The notes under the pieces are model-generated. The model had not been told where the DNA came from, made no database searches, and was given only the letters and a program-made list of their open reading frames with translations. From Schmidtea nova (Eukaryota), in the NCBI GenBank assembly GCA_044892505.1, contig CM097884.1:20398001-20462000 (forward strand): 64,000 nt of DNA, given 5' to 3'. This document shows, one piece after another, positions 61,764 through 64,000 of the stretch; the first letter of the stretch is position 1, and each line of letters opens with the position of its first letter. The position numbers and the translations under genes were made by a program.

Positions 61764-63144
61764 AATCCGATATATCTAAATTTAGAAAATAATCATTTTC
61801 AAAAAAAAGTCATAAATTTATGAAATAATTATTGATGAAATAATTATTGATGAAATAATTATACATTGAAACTAATTATTTAATTTGAAAATCATAGTAT
61901 TACTTGAATAATAGTATTACTTGAATAATTATATTGAACTATATGATTCTTAAAAAATTCAAGTAAAAAAATTAGTAATTAATAATTTGCAAGACAAATT
62001 TTGTATTTGTCAATCATTCAACTGATGTAGTAAAACATTCAAGGCTATTTTTAAGAAGGAAGTCACAAATTTTAAACTAATCTTTCGATTAGTTTATTTA
62101 GGAGAAAAGGTATTTATAACTTTAAAATGTTTTTAAAATTTTGAAAAATAATATTAAAGTGTCATATAAGTCAATGATAATAAATTACAATGATAATAAA
62201 TTACATTATAAACTATTTATTAAAATATTTTAGTTAATTGTTCTCATTCAAATGTATCTGATTTAACTGATGACTAAATGGGAAATAAAAAGCAACTAAA
62301 ATTTAATGGCTGATTTTGACCTGATCGTGATGTGGAGTAAAGGAATAAACTTTGTAGATAACTTCGGTCTGTTCATTTTCGGCATTTGCTAAAGTGATGG
62401 ATTCTTCATTGCCAACTCTTTTGCCACGTAGACTTGGTGCAAAACATATTTTTGCAGTTTTACAGCTCAAATTTCATTACGCACAATTAATTCGCCAGCT
62501 CATTCTTTGCTTCATTACTCATTTCAATCAACTGTGTAACGCTTTTAAATGATGTTTAATTCGAAAATCCGATATAAAGTTTCTTTTTAGTTCGTTCTTC
62601 CTGTAAATATTTCAATTTTTGTGCACTTAAACATCAAAATTCTTATTGAGATTATAAACATCGGTTACTTTGATTGAAAATAATATTCGTAAAATGATCA
62701 TGTCGGTAATATTGCGACTCTTCGTTGTTCTTATTGTTTGGCTGGTACATACGTAAAATAAATATAAAAACGAACAGATAATTAAAAACGAAAAAATAAA
62801 TAAAGGAGAATTAAAACAAAGGAATGGTAAACAAAAAAAACAAATAACTCTTAATAATACACAATTAAAACAAAAATAAAGTGAGAAAATTGATTATGAA
62901 AAGTACGAAAGTAATCGGAATTTGAAAACAATAACCAAAATTAGAAAAATTAAATAAAAAATTAATAAGTAGGTAGATGTGTGGAGCCGGGAACAAAGAC
63001 ATTATGACTCATGCGTGGGCGGGAAAAAAAGAACAAAGACCCCCCCCGGGGGGGGGGGGTAGAAAAAAATTTTTTTTTGATGAGTCATAATTTTTTTTTT
63101 TGATGAGTCATCGATGAGTCATAATTTTTTTTTTTCAAAAATTT

Positions 63145-63314
63145 TTTCGTGCCAAATTTTTTTTTCAAAAATTTTTTCGCGCCAAATTTTTTTTTCAAAA
63201 ATTTTTTTCGCGCCAAATTTTTTTTTCAAAATTTTTTTTCGCGCCAAATTTTTTTTTTTCAAAAATTTTTTTCGCGCCAAATTTTTTTTTTTCAAAAATT
63301 TTTTTCGCGCCAAA
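63145..63314. repeat. ~31-bp tandem array, each unit centred on TTTCGCGCCAAA (5 perfect, 1 variant)
   Basis: Direct reading; explains the low-complexity ORFs at 63114-63371. Confidence 0.95.
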
Positions 63315-63612
63315 TTTTTTTTTTTAGACAAATTATTTTTATTTTTTAGACAAATTATTTTTATTTTTTAACATAAATTTTTTAACAAAAATTTTTAACA
63401 TAAATTTTTTATTTCAAGTCAAATTTTTTAACACCAACTTATTTTTTTTTTTTATTTTCGAAAAATTTTTTATAGGACAAAATTAGAGTCATCAAAAAAT
63501 ATTTGCAACAGGTGTGCAAACTAAACAAAGACATTTTTGTATGTGTGCATGTTTAATTAATTATTATTTGTCAAGTATGAAGCTTTTGCACTTCAAAACC
63601 ATCACAGAAGAG

Positions 63613-63704
63613 GTTCTGCTTCCAGGGTTCTGATCGCAATGTTCTGCTTCCAGGGTTCTGATCGCAATGTTCTGCTTCCAGGGTTCTGATACTAAATGTT
63701 CTGC
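63613..63704. repeat. 28-bp tandem repeat x3 (GTTCTGCTTCCAGGGTTCTGATCGCAAT)
   Basis: Direct reading. Confidence 0.95.
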
Positions 63705-63734
63705 TACTAATTATAATTATTATTATTATCTTTC

Positions 63735-63935
63735 AAACTAAACAAAGACTTTGCAACATGCGTGCAAGTTAACAAAGACATTGCAACACACGTGCGAGTT
63801 AACAAAGACATTGCAACACACGTGCAAGGACTTTGCAACACGCGTGCAACATGAACAAACACATTGCAATACACATGCAAACTAAACAAAGACACATGCG
63901 TGCAACACACGTGCAACATAAACAAAGACATTAAA
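63735..63935. repeat. Degenerate ~30-bp array (AACAAAGACATTGCAACACACGTGC)
   Basis: Direct reading. Confidence 0.85.
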
Positions 63936-64000
63936 AAGCCAAAATTTATTTATAAATATATCGTTGTGTACGTGTACAAAATTTAAGTTCAAAATTATTT

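Larger units (their letters stand above)
62968..64000 (+). mobile_element. Left TIR of a Maverick/Polinton-type element continuing beyond the window
   Basis: Starts AGTAGGTAG; shares AACAAAGAC and TGA(G/C)TCA modules with the TIR at 18709/20206; contains several short tandem arrays. Confidence 0.55.

Noticed and set aside
63114-63371. Phe/Lys-rich ORFs on both strands
   Set aside because: Translations of the E2F/poly(dA:dT) array
63613-63704. CRISPR-like array
   Set aside because: Head-to-tail repeats without unique spacers, in a eukaryotic context with no cas genes

Overview
AT-rich, gapped eukaryotic (metazoan) scaffold using the standard code and GT-AG introns; the composition, ~46-50 nt minimal introns and (AAT)n tracts suggest a planarian-like host, which is an unverified inference. 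Almost the whole window is one minus-strand cationic amino-acid transporter gene (SLC7A14/CAT-like). Its nine phase-consistent coding exons run from 61763 to 7360, and its stop codon lies 102 nt from that of a convergent DHRS4-like SDR gene whose last three exons are at 6853-7257. The introns are packed with mobile DNA: a very young 4.6-kb Ty3/gypsy element (AGT..ACT LTRs, -1 frameshift signal), a mariner, two hAT elements, pogo/Tigger and piggyBac relics, MITEs, several Penelope-like fragments with hammerhead ribozymes, and three elements with Maverick/Polinton-type AGTAG termini, one carrying a decayed TBP-like gene and one carrying an array of E2F sites. The least explained feature is a twice-present cassette (50-1063 and 4239-5251): a ~190-aa coiled-coil/arginine-rich ORF followed by a ~215-nt covarying RNA structure that folds best on the opposite strand. 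No rRNA, tRNA or CRISPR array was seen.
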